Shown: one piece after another, positions 26,939 to 34,708 of the stretch
How the letters are laid out: every line of letters begins with the position of its first letter
How positions within the stretch are numbered: position 1 is the first letter of the stretch
Assembly (NCBI GenBank): GCA_019348555.1
Contig: JAHWJH010000002.1
Span: forward strand, 1 to 49,611
Length of the DNA stretch: 49,611 nt
Origin: Actinomycetota bacterium
GTDB lineage: Bacteria > Actinomycetota > Acidimicrobiia > Acidimicrobiales > CADCSY01
Reading direction: 5' to 3'
Made by a program: the position numbers and the translations under genes
Notes under the pieces: model-generated
What the model saw: the letters and a program-made list of their open reading frames with translations, nothing else
What the model was told of the DNA's origin: nothing
Databases searched by the model: none

Positions 26939-27621
26939 CGGCCGGCCGCCCGCTCGCACAGGAGGCGGTAGACCGTCGCCGTGCGGCTGCGGGGAATCTC
27001 GGCCGCCACCTCCGCCAGGTCGGCGACGGTGTCGATGTCGCGGCGTCGTGGCGCGAGCGCCACGTCGAAGCCCAGGGAACGTAGTCGCCGCCGCTGTTCG
27101 GTCCCGGTGCTCGCTGTGCTCATCGCCACACCCTCGAACACCGCGCCATGGCGGCCGGTCGCCAGTGCCGGCAGCCCGATGGCCCACCAGCCACCGTCGA
27201 CGGCGGGACCGAGGACCGCCCGCCGCCCGGTCCCCTCGCCGAGGAGGCGGAGCAGGCCATCGAGCTCCGCCGGGCCGACCTGGGGGGTGTCCATGCCGAT
27301 CTGGACGCCCGCCCCGCCGAGGTCGGACCAGGCGTTGGCCAGGCGCGCGGCGAAGGTCGTCCCCCGCTGGGGGATCACTTCCAGGCCGGGAGCCAACCAC
27401 GGGCCGGCCGGCCCGTCGAGGGCCACCACCTTGCGGCCGGCGCTGCACGCGGCCACCGCCTCCAGCGTGTCGGCCAGTGCCGCCTCGGCCACCAGCGCCG
27501 CCTCCTCCGGCGAGCACGGCGGGCACAACCTCGTCTTGGCGGCCCCCGCCACCGGGGCCTTGGCCATGACCAGGAGCTGGAGCTCGCCGGAGCTGCGCCC
27601 CCGGGACGTCACCGCCGTCAC
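26935..27621 (-). CDS. DUF2064 family protein (nucleotidyltransferase-like; TIGR04282-type)
   Basis: The GTG at 27621 overlaps the upstream stop (GTGA); alternative starts are at 27612 and near 27567. LLVMAKAPVAGAAKTRLCPPCSPEEAALVAEAALADTL and DGGWWAIG are hallmark DUF2064 motifs. Confidence 0.7.
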   Translation of the reverse strand: MTAVTSRGRSSGELQLLVMAKAPVAGAAKTRLCPPCSPEEAALVAEAALADTLEAVAACSAGRKVVALDGPAGPWLAPGLEVIPQRGTTFAARLANAWSDLGGAGVQIGMDTPQVGPAELDGLLRLLGEGTGRRAVLGPAVDGGWWAIGLPALATGRHGAVFEGVAMSTASTGTEQRRRLRSLGFDVALAPRRRDIDTVADLAEVAAEIPRSRTATVYRLLCERAAGR

Positions 27622-28268
27622 CGCAGGGCGCGGGTCATGTCGGCGACGGTGCGAAGGGTGCCGGCGACCGTGCCGGTCACCTTGGAGCGCCCGATCCGAG
27701 GGCGGTAGGCGACGTCCACCTCGGTCAACCGCCAGCCGGCCGCCGCCGCCCGGAGCACCATCTCCAGCGGCCACCCGAAGCGCCGGTCGCGGATGCCGAG
27801 GGATACCAGCTGGTCGCGCCGGGCCGCCCGCATGGGACCGAGGTCGGACAGGCCCACCCCCGTCCGCCGGCGCAACTCCCAGGCCAGCGCGGCGTTGGCG
27901 GCGCGGGCGTGCAGCGGCCAGGCCGCCGAGGTGGAGGGACGACGGGCACCGAGGGCCAGGTCGGCCCGGCCGTCGAGCACCGGACGAGCCACCCGGGGGA
28001 GCTCCGACGGATCCAGCGACCCGTCGGCATCCATGAAGCACACCACGCCGTCGTCGGGTGCCGACGCCGACAGCCCCGCCCAGCAGGCCGAGCCGAACCC
28101 GCGCCGGGCCTCGACCACGACCGTCGCCCCGAGCTGGCGGGCAACGTCCGCCGAGCCGTCCGTCGAGCCGTTGTCGACCACGAGCGGCCGGTACCCGGGG
28201 GGCATGGCCGCCAGGAGGGCCGGCAGGGCGGCGGCCTCGTCCAGGACGGGAAGCACGACATCGGGCAC
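27618..28268 (-). CDS. Small glycosyltransferase family 2 protein (TIGR04283-type partner of DUF2064)
   Basis: 216 aa, GTG start. VVLPVLDEAAALP, VVDNGSTDGSADVA, CFMDADGSLDP (DxD). Confidence 0.8.
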   Translation of the reverse strand: MPDVVLPVLDEAAALPALLAAMPPGYRPLVVDNGSTDGSADVARQLGATVVVEARRGFGSACWAGLSASAPDDGVVCFMDADGSLDPSELPRVARPVLDGRADLALGARRPSTSAAWPLHARAANAALAWELRRRTGVGLSDLGPMRAARRDQLVSLGIRDRRFGWPLEMVLRAAAAGWRLTEVDVAYRPRIGRSKVTGTVAGTLRTVADMTRALR

Positions 28269-28343
28269 GCCGACGTTCTAGCCAACGCACCCTTACAGTC
28301 CTCGGCCAGGATCCTCACATTTGGGTGAACTCGTGGCGCGAGC

Positions 28344-29099
28344 GTGCTCCCGCTGACCAGAGTGGCGCCCGTGCCGGGCGTGCTGGATGCTCCTGCGGTG
28401 GCCACTCGGGTCCTGATCGTGGAGGACGACCCCACGGTGGCGGAGGTCGTGGCCCGCTACCTCCTGCGCGAGGGCTACCAGGTGGAAGCGGTGGCCGACG
28501 GTGCCGTCGGGCTGGAGCGGGCGTTGGCCGATCCGCCCGATCTGGTGGTGCTCGACCTCATGCTCCCGACGCTCGGTGGCCTGGAGCTCTGCCGCCGACT
28601 CCGGGCCGTGGCCCCCGTCCCGGTCATCATGCTGACCGCGCGGGGGGAGGAGGCCGACCGCATCATCGGCCTGGAGCTGGGGGCCGACGACTACGTGGCC
28701 AAGCCCTTCTCGCCTCGCGAGCTCACCGCCCGGGTCAAGGCGGTGCTGCGCCGGGCGGCCGCCCCTCTGGTCGCCTCCGAGGAGCGGGGACTGTTGGCCG
28801 CGGCCGGGCTGGAGCTCGACGAGGTGGCCCACGAAGTCCGCCTCCACGGGGCACTGGTCGCCCTGACCGCCAAGGAGTTCGACCTGCTGGCCCACCTCAT
28901 GCGTCATCCCCGGCGGGCGTTTCGTCGCGAGGAGCTGCTCGAGGCGATCTGGGGCTTCAGGTGCGGAGACACCTCGACGGTCACCGTCCACGTCCGGCGC
29001 CTCCGCGAGAAGATCGAGGTCGACCCGTCCGCCCCCCGGCTGGTGCGCACGGTCCGGGGTGTGGGCTACCGCTTCGAGCCGTCGGGAGGCGACGGGTGA
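28344..29099 (+). CDS. OmpR/PhoB-family response regulator
   Basis: RVLIVEDD, DLVVLDLMLP, MLTARGEE, DDYVAKPF and a winged-helix C-terminus (TVRGVGYRF). The start is uncertain: in-frame GTGs at 28344, 28380 and 28398 (the last gives VATRVLIVEDD). Confidence 0.85.
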   Translation: MLPLTRVAPVPGVLDAPAVATRVLIVEDDPTVAEVVARYLLREGYQVEAVADGAVGLERALADPPDLVVLDLMLPTLGGLELCRRLRAVAPVPVIMLTARGEEADRIIGLELGADDYVAKPFSPRELTARVKAVLRRAAAPLVASEERGLLAAAGLELDEVAHEVRLHGALVALTAKEFDLLAHLMRHPRRAFRREELLEAIWGFRCGDTSTVTVHVRRLREKIEVDPSAPRLVRTVRGVGYRFEPSGGDG

Positions 29100-30436
29100 G
29101 CGAGCTCGCCCGCCCGGGGAGGCCGTGGCGCCTCGCGGCCCTGGCAGTTGCCGGCCTGAGCATGGCGGCGGCGGTGGCGACCGCCGGTGGCATACCCGCC
29201 GACGAGGCGGTCCGTCTCGTGGTGCAGTCGAGCCTGGGGGCGGCGGCGACGGGCCTGGCCGTCTCGGGCCTGCTCTACGTCGTGCGGCGTCGCGCCATCG
29301 GCGTCCAGGTCGCCGTCGCTGCCCTGGCCCCGGTGCTGGCCGTGGGTCTCGGCGTGGGTTGGGCGGCGTCGCAGATGTTCATCACCAGCCACGACCTCTG
29401 GGTGCTGTGGGTGGTCCTGGTAGGGGCAGGGACCGTCGGCTTGGTCGTCGCGCTGCTACTCGGGCGAAGGATGTCCGAGGCGAGCGCGTCGGTGAGCGAC
29501 ATGGCGCGCCGTCTGGGTGAGCGCGGGCCGGGGTCGCGGCTGCGACAAGGGACCAGGCCGCTGCCCGGCACCGGGCCCCACGAGCTCGTCACGCTCGCCG
29601 TCGAGCTGGAGCAGACGTCGGCCCGGCTGGCCGACGCCCAGGCGCGGGCGGCGGCTCTGGAGCGGAGCCGTCGGGAGCTGGTGTCGTGGGTCTCCCACGA
29701 CTTGCGCACGCCCCTGGCCGGGATTCGGGCCATGGTGGAGGCGTTGGAGGACCGGGTGGTCGACGACCCCGAGACGGTGGCCCGCTACCACCGCACCATG
29801 CGCCAGGAGGCCGATCGCCTGGCCGGCCTGGTCGACGACCTCTTCGAGCTGTCGAGGATCCACGCCGGGGCCCTGGCCCTCGACCTCCGGCCGGTCGCCC
29901 TCGACGAGTTGATCGCCGACGCCGTCGCCGGCGCGTCCATCGCCGCCCGGGGCAAGGGCATCGTTCTGGTGGAGCAGGTCGAAGACCCGGCGCCGGTGGT
30001 GGAGCTGTCGACCCCCGAGATGGCGCGTGTGGTCCGCAACCTCCTGGACAACGCCATCCGCCACACCCCCGAGGGTGGGACCGTCGTGGTCCACGCCGCC
30101 GTCACGGACACCGGCTCCGTCGAGGTCTGGGTGCAGGACCGCTGCGGGGGCATCCCCGAGCGCGACCTGGACCACGTCTTCGACGTGGCCTATCGGGGAG
30201 ATACCGCCCGCACCCCCGGCGATGGTGGCGCCGGCCTCGGCCTGGCGGTGGCCCGCGGCCTGGTGGAGGCCCACCGTGGTCGGATCAGCGTTCGCAACGA
30301 GGGCCAGGGCTGTCGCTTCACCGTCTCACTTCCCGTTTCGGCGTCGCCCACGACGCAACCGTCTTCTCGTGGTCACAACGCGCCGGGAACGAACCGTCTC
30401 GACCACGAGAACGCGGGAGGCGCAGGTAGCCGGTGA
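29096..30436 (+). CDS. Sensor histidine kinase (two transmembrane segments, HisKA and HATPase_c domains)
   Basis: The GTG at 29096 overlaps the regulator stop (GTGA). H-box SWVSHDLRTPL, N-box NLLDNAIRHT, G-box GGAGLGLAVARG. Confidence 0.85.
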   Translation: MSELARPGRPWRLAALAVAGLSMAAAVATAGGIPADEAVRLVVQSSLGAAATGLAVSGLLYVVRRRAIGVQVAVAALAPVLAVGLGVGWAASQMFITSHDLWVLWVVLVGAGTVGLVVALLLGRRMSEASASVSDMARRLGERGPGSRLRQGTRPLPGTGPHELVTLAVELEQTSARLADAQARAAALERSRRELVSWVSHDLRTPLAGIRAMVEALEDRVVDDPETVARYHRTMRQEADRLAGLVDDLFELSRIHAGALALDLRPVALDELIADAVAGASIAARGKGIVLVEQVEDPAPVVELSTPEMARVVRNLLDNAIRHTPEGGTVVVHAAVTDTGSVEVWVQDRCGGIPERDLDHVFDVAYRGDTARTPGDGGAGLGLAVARGLVEAHRGRISVRNEGQGCRFTVSLPVSASPTTQPSSRGHNAPGTNRLDHENAGGAGSR

Positions 30437-31488
30437 GAGTGCTCGTCACCGGTGGCGCCGGGTTCGTAGGCTCTCGGGTCGTCACCGCCCTGGTCGAGCG
30501 TGGTGCCGACGTTCGCGTGCTCGACAGCCTCGATCCCGGCGTCCACGCCGTGGCTCCCGAGGTCGACGCCCGCGCCGAGCTGGTGGTGGGCGACGTCGCC
30601 GATCCCGCCGTGGCCGCCGCCGCCGTCGAGGACGTCGACGCCGTGTGTCACCAGGCGGCCAAGGTGGGCCTCGGCGTCGACTTCGGCGATGTGGGCGCCT
30701 ATGTGGCCGCCAACGACGTGGGGACGGCGAGCCTGCTCGGTGCCTTGTGGAGTCGGCGCTTCGACGGGCGCCTGGTGCTGGCCAGCAGCATGGTGGTCTA
30801 CGGGGAGGGCCGGTCGCGCTGCCCGCGCCACGGCCTGGTGGCGCCGGGCCCCCGGCGAGCGTCCGACCTCGACGCCGGGCGCTTCGACGCACCCTGCCCG
30901 CAGCCCGGCTGCGGGGAGACCGTGGAGGTGGCCGCGGTCACCGAGGACACCCCGGCCGACCCCCGCAACGTCTACGCCGCCACCAAGCTCCACCAGGAGC
31001 ACCTGTGCGCGCTGTGGGGTAGGGAGGCGGGCGCGTCGGTGGTGGCGCTGCGCTACCACAACGTCTACGGCCCGGGGATGCCGCGCGACACCCCCTACGC
31101 CGGCGTGGCCGCCATCTTCCTGTCGGCGCTGGCCCGGGGCCGGGCCCCCCAGGTCTTCGAGGACGGCGGCCAGACGCGCGACTTCATCCATGTCGACGAC
31201 GTGGCCCGGGCCAACGTGCTGGCCCTCACCGTCCCAGGTGCGGCCGGCGCCTACAACGTGGCCAGCGGCTCCCCCCACACCGTGTTGGACATGGCCGAGG
31301 CGCTGGCCCGGGCCACCGGCGGGGGTCTTCGACCCGAGGTCACCGGGCGATGGCGTGGCGGCGACGTCCGCCATGTCGTGGCCTCGCCACGCCGGGCCGT
31401 TGACCAGCTGGGGTTCGTCGCCGAGGTCGGCTTCGCCGAGGGCATGGCGGCGCTGGCGGCGTCGCCGCGCGCCCCCGCCGGGAGGTGA
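30433..31488 (+). CDS. NAD-dependent epimerase/dehydratase (extended SDR) with a Cys-rich insertion
   Basis: The GTG at 30433 overlaps the kinase stop (GTGA). VTGGAGFVGSRV and YAATKLHQE (Y-x3-K). The insertion is CPRHG...CPQPGCGE. Confidence 0.8.
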   Translation: MRVLVTGGAGFVGSRVVTALVERGADVRVLDSLDPGVHAVAPEVDARAELVVGDVADPAVAAAAVEDVDAVCHQAAKVGLGVDFGDVGAYVAANDVGTASLLGALWSRRFDGRLVLASSMVVYGEGRSRCPRHGLVAPGPRRASDLDAGRFDAPCPQPGCGETVEVAAVTEDTPADPRNVYAATKLHQEHLCALWGREAGASVVALRYHNVYGPGMPRDTPYAGVAAIFLSALARGRAPQVFEDGGQTRDFIHVDDVARANVLALTVPGAAGAYNVASGSPHTVLDMAEALARATGGGLRPEVTGRWRGGDVRHVVASPRRAVDQLGFVAEVGFAEGMAALAASPRAPAGR

Positions 31489-32987
31489 GCCGAGGCCCTC
31501 TCCGGGCAGCACCGGGCGTCCCGGCGGTGATCTTCCTCGCCGCCGCCGGTTGCGGCACGGCGCTCTCGGCGTCGATAGCCGCCGGTCCGCCTCTCCTCGA
31601 GGCACGCTGGCGCTTGCCGGCCCAACTCGCTCTGTGGGGCCTGGCGTGGGCCGTCGCCCTCGCCGCCGCCCTGCGACTGCCCACCCGTATGGCCCTGGTC
31701 CTGACGCTGGGCGCCGGGCTGGCGCTTCGGCTGGCCGCCCTGGCCGGGCCACCCACCACCTCGGACGACTTGTACCGCTACGCGTGGGACGCGCGGGTGC
31801 AGGCGACCGGCGTCAACCCCTACCTCCATCCTCCGGCCAGCGAGGAGCTGGCCGGTCTGCGGGAGCCCTGGCTGTGGCCCGACGACGCCGGGTGCGCCGA
31901 GCTCGACCGGCCGCCCGGGTGCACGAGGATGAACCGCCCGGCGGTGCCTACCATCTACCCCCCACTGGCGCAGGGTTGGTTCGTCGTGGTCGACACCTTC
32001 GCTCCCGGCGGCGGGCGTCACACCACCTGGCAGGTGGCCGGGCTGGTGACCGAGGTCGCCGTGCTGGTCCTGCTCCCGGTCGCCCTCGGCCGCTGGGGCG
32101 GCGACCGCCGCTGGAGCGCTCTGTACGCCCTGTCCCCGGGACCGGTGGTGGAGATCGTGCAGAACGGCCACGTGGACGGGCTGGCTGTCCTGCTCGTCGT
32201 GGGTGCCATGGTCCTCGTGGCCCCCCGTGAAGGCTCGTCCCGAGGGTCCCGCTCTCCGGGATGGCGCCACGTCGGTGCCGGTGCGCTCCTCGGCGCCGCC
32301 GCCATGGTGAAGCTCTACCCGGCGGTGATCCTGCTGGCGCTGGTGGGAGCCGGCACCGGCCGGCGCCTGACCGTCCTGGCCCGGGCCGGCGCCGGCGCCC
32401 TCGTCGTGGTCGTCGCCGGCTACCTGCCGCACGTGCTCGATGTGGGGTGGCGCCTGGTGGGCTACCTCCCGGGGTACCTGGCCGAGGAGGATTACCGCGA
32501 GGGGAGCCGGTTCCTGCTGGCGACGGCGCTGGGACTACCCCCGGCGGTGGCGGGGGCCGCCTCCGTGGCGGCGGTCCTCGGCGTGGCCGGCTGGGTCGTG
32601 GTCCGGCGACCCCCGCCCCCGGCGGGCGCAGCGGCCCTGCTGGGAGCCATGGTGTTGGCCGCCTCGCCGGTCCAGTCGTGGTACGCCGTCGTCCTGCTCG
32701 CCATGGCGACCATCGCCATCCAGCCGTGGTGGGCGGCCGTGGTGGTGGCCGGCCACCCGTACTACGTCGCCGTGTTGCTGGACCACCCCGACGCCACGAA
32801 CCTCGGCCGCCTCGCCTACGGCGCCGCCCTGGTGGCGGTGGTGGCCGGAGCCCTCAGCGCAGCTGCAGGTCGCCGTAGTCGACTTCCAGGTGCACCCGCT
32901 GCCGATCCAGCTCGGCCGCACCCTCCGACGGGTCCACGCCGACGCTGCCCGAGTAGCCCTCCGAGTGCAGGGCGGCGGTCCCGGTGA
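31485..32987 (+). CDS. GT87/DUF2029-family polytopic membrane glycosyltransferase (polyprenol-P-mannose-dependent mannosyltransferase-like)
   Basis: The GTG at 31485 overlaps the epimerase stop (GTGA). SDDLYRYAWDARVQATGVNPY, IYPPLAQ and AMVKLYPAVILL are typical of GT87. The last 45 codons or so overlap the convergent sigma gene and look non-native. Confidence 0.7.
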   Translation: MSRGPLRAAPGVPAVIFLAAAGCGTALSASIAAGPPLLEARWRLPAQLALWGLAWAVALAAALRLPTRMALVLTLGAGLALRLAALAGPPTTSDDLYRYAWDARVQATGVNPYLHPPASEELAGLREPWLWPDDAGCAELDRPPGCTRMNRPAVPTIYPPLAQGWFVVVDTFAPGGGRHTTWQVAGLVTEVAVLVLLPVALGRWGGDRRWSALYALSPGPVVEIVQNGHVDGLAVLLVVGAMVLVAPREGSSRGSRSPGWRHVGAGALLGAAAMVKLYPAVILLALVGAGTGRRLTVLARAGAGALVVVVAGYLPHVLDVGWRLVGYLPGYLAEEDYREGSRFLLATALGLPPAVAGAASVAAVLGVAGWVVVRRPPPPAGAAALLGAMVLAASPVQSWYAVVLLAMATIAIQPWWAAVVVAGHPYYVAVLLDHPDATNLGRLAYGAALVAVVAGALSAAAGRRSRLPGAPAADPARPHPPTGPRRRCPSSPPSAGRRSR

Positions 32988-34023
32988 GCTCGAGGCGCCG
33001 GCCCGGCGAGATCCGTTCGGGCGACTCACCCACGCCGGTGAGCTGGATCCACACCCGACCGTCGGCGCAGCCCAGCCAGAAGCCCTCGTTGGCGGGAACC
33101 GACTCGACGGGCAGGTCGTCGGCCTCGACCGGCCGTCCGCCGGACTCGGCGAGTCGGTCGGTCTCGGCGATCCCGACCCGGGACCCGTCCACGGTGAGGG
33201 TGCCCCCGCAGGCCGCCGGATCCCCGGAGCGAGCGACGAGGAGGACGGCCAGGGTGGCACCGGCGGCGGTGACCACCGTCGCCGTACGGGTTGGTCGTCG
33301 CCGCAGGCGGGTGCGCAGCCAGCGGGCCGACGCCGCAAGCGGCAGGAGCGGCCACACCGCCCGAAGCGGTCGTTGCCGCTCCAACAGGTCCTGGCTCAGT
33401 GCCGCGCAGCTCGGACACGCGAGCAGATGGCCGCCGGCGTCGAGCTCGCGCTGTCGCCGACGGTCGCCGGCGGAAAGGGCCATGAGCACGGGCCGACACG
33501 CCGGGGTCGGCGGCTGGACCCCGCCGAGGGCGAGGAGGTACTCGACCCGGAGCTTGGCTCGCGCCCGGAACAGGCGCAGGGATACGGCGCCGGACGAGGC
33601 CTGGAGCTCCCGAGCCAGTGAGGCGTTGTCCCTGCCCTCGACCTCACGGGCCACGAGGGTGGTGCGCTCGTCGTGGGAGAGCTGCCGCAGCGCCCTGCGC
33701 ACGGCCCTGCGCTCCTCGCTGGCCACCACCGCATCGTCCGGGCGCTCCGGCTGGGAGACGTCGGCCAAGCGGGGACCCAGACGCTCGCGGCGGTCCTCCG
33801 TGCGGCCCTCGGAGATGACCAGGTTTCGCGCCGACACCACCGCGTAGGCCAGCAGCGCCTCGCCTTCCAGCGACCGTCGGCACTCGAGGACGCGGGCGAG
33901 CGTCTCCTGCACGAGGTCGTCGACCCGGTGTGGATCGGCGACCCGGGCGGCGACGACCCGGCGGACGGCGGGCTCGAGGGCAGCGACGTCGGAGTCGCCT
34001 TCGTCCCGTTCCGAGGCGCTCAC
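32854..34023 (-). CDS. ECF sigma factor fused to a zinc-finger anti-sigma (ZAS) module, a transmembrane helix and an extracytoplasmic domain
   Basis: GTG at 34023 (the track ORF extends to 34137). Region 2 is DDLVQETLARV; region 4 is LSHDERTTLVAREVEGRDNASLARELQASSGAVSLRLFRARAKL. Then C-x25-HLLACPSC (H-x3-C-x2-C), the helix TATVVTAAGATLAVLLVA and a C-terminal domain of about 130 aa. No stop codon separates the modules. Confidence 0.75.
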   Translation of the reverse strand: MSASERDEGDSDVAALEPAVRRVVAARVADPHRVDDLVQETLARVLECRRSLEGEALLAYAVVSARNLVISEGRTEDRRERLGPRLADVSQPERPDDAVVASEERRAVRRALRQLSHDERTTLVAREVEGRDNASLARELQASSGAVSLRLFRARAKLRVEYLLALGGVQPPTPACRPVLMALSAGDRRRQRELDAGGHLLACPSCAALSQDLLERQRPLRAVWPLLPLAASARWLRTRLRRRPTRTATVVTAAGATLAVLLVARSGDPAACGGTLTVDGSRVGIAETDRLAESGGRPVEADDLPVESVPANEGFWLGCADGRVWIQLTGVGESPERISPGRRLELTGTAALHSEGYSGSVGVDPSEGAAELDRQRVHLEVDYGDLQLR

Positions 34024-34080
34024 GACGACTCGACCCCGGAGATCGGTCCGGTCCCGAGAGGACGAGGAGGAGCGGCCCGC

Positions 34081-34178
34081 GTAACGAAGTCGGTTCTCGT
34101 GCGTTTCATGGAGTGGAGGTGTCAGCGCCCGCCACACGGGGAGGGTAGGTCATGCAGCCCGAGCGAGGAGCAGGATGA
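34081..34178 (+). promoter_or_regulatory. Conserved intergenic element, copy A: ECF-type promoter motif, leader, strong Shine-Dalgarno sequence and 8-codon uORF
   Basis: GTAAC (34081-85), 16 nt, CGTTT (34102-06). The reverse strand reads TGAAAC, 16 nt, CGTTAC. A 22-nt block (34096-34117) is identical to 42832-42853. GGGGAGGG lies 6 nt before the ATG at 34152 (MQPERGAG, stop at 34176-78). Confidence 0.55.
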
Positions 34179-34254
34179 CCCCCACATCGCAGGCCAGGAT
34201 CGAGGCCCTCGTCGGCCCGAATCAAACGTGCTCGATCGGCACGGGTGGCCGGTG

Positions 34255-34707
34255 ATGCCGGGCACTCCGGGCCACAACGCTGCAGGCGACGACAGGTCCG
34301 TCTCCGAGCTCCTCGCCGACATGAGCAATCAGGTCAAGCTCCTCATCAGCAAGGAGGTGGAGCTGGCCAAGCTGGAGGTCAAGGACCAGGCCGCCAAGGC
34401 CTCCAAGGCCGGGGCGCTGCTGGCGGCGACCGGGGTGGCTGCGCTCTTCGGACTGTTGTTGGTGTCGTTCGCGGCGGCATGGGGCCTGGCCGCGGTGATC
34501 CCCACCGGCTTCGCCTTCCTCGTCGTCGGCGTGGTGTTCCTCGGGGTCGCCGCGGTGTTGCTCGGCAAAGGACGAAAGCAACTGGCCGAGGTCAGCCCCG
34601 CTCCCGATCAGGCCATCGCCAGCGTGAAGGACGACGTCCAGGTGGCCAAGGCGGCACTGTCGCGAGGGGCGAACCGCCCGATGGGCACTCCTGGGAGCCG
34701 GAGCTGA
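34255..34707 (+). CDS. Holin-X/DUF1469 family membrane protein (annotated 'phage holin family' in databases)
   Basis: Last 150 codons of track ORF 33673..34707 (ATG at 34255; GTG at 34252). SELLADMSNQVKLLISKEVELAKLEVKDQAAKASKAG is followed by two helices, as is typical of the actinobacterial DUF1469 family. Confidence 0.7.
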   Translation: MPGTPGHNAAGDDRSVSELLADMSNQVKLLISKEVELAKLEVKDQAAKASKAGALLAATGVAALFGLLLVSFAAAWGLAAVIPTGFAFLVVGVVFLGVAAVLLGKGRKQLAEVSPAPDQAIASVKDDVQVAKAALSRGANRPMGTPGSRS

Positions 34708-34708
34708 C

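Noticed and set aside
28293-28319. TTACA and TCACA pentamers spaced 22 nt apart in the divergent promoter gap, considered as an OmpR-type direct-repeat binding site.
   Set aside because: Only 4 of 5 bases are shared, there is no third repeat and I have no comparative support. The evidence is too weak to call.
619-30436. Giant track ORFs taken at face value as single proteins: 619..2964, 3185..5179, 5950..8112, 7299..9773, 10695..13562, 17634..20450, 21968..24559, 26935..28290 and 28058..30436.
   Set aside because: Their N-terminal portions are out-of-frame read-through of the upstream gene, with junk-like R/P/G-rich sequence. In each case a start codon overlapping the upstream stop codon yields a protein of normal length for its family.
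34081-34137. A conserved minus-strand peptide across the duplicated element (..PPLHETHENRLRY.. versus ..LPLHETHEVRIGY..), which suggested an N-terminal extension of the sigma gene or a small minus-strand gene.
   Set aside because: The two copies differ by compensating indels just upstream of the shared 22-mer, so no single minus-strand frame is conserved across the element. The plus strand, in contrast, has a Shine-Dalgarno sequence at optimal spacing and a conserved ATG. I therefore treat the conservation as acting at the DNA or RNA level.
34255-34707. The 'phage holin family' protein, considered as evidence for a prophage or lysis cassette.
   Set aside because: There are no integrase, terminase, capsid, tail or endolysin genes nearby. 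The DUF1469/DUF3618 pair is a common chromosomal stress-associated pair in Actinobacteria.
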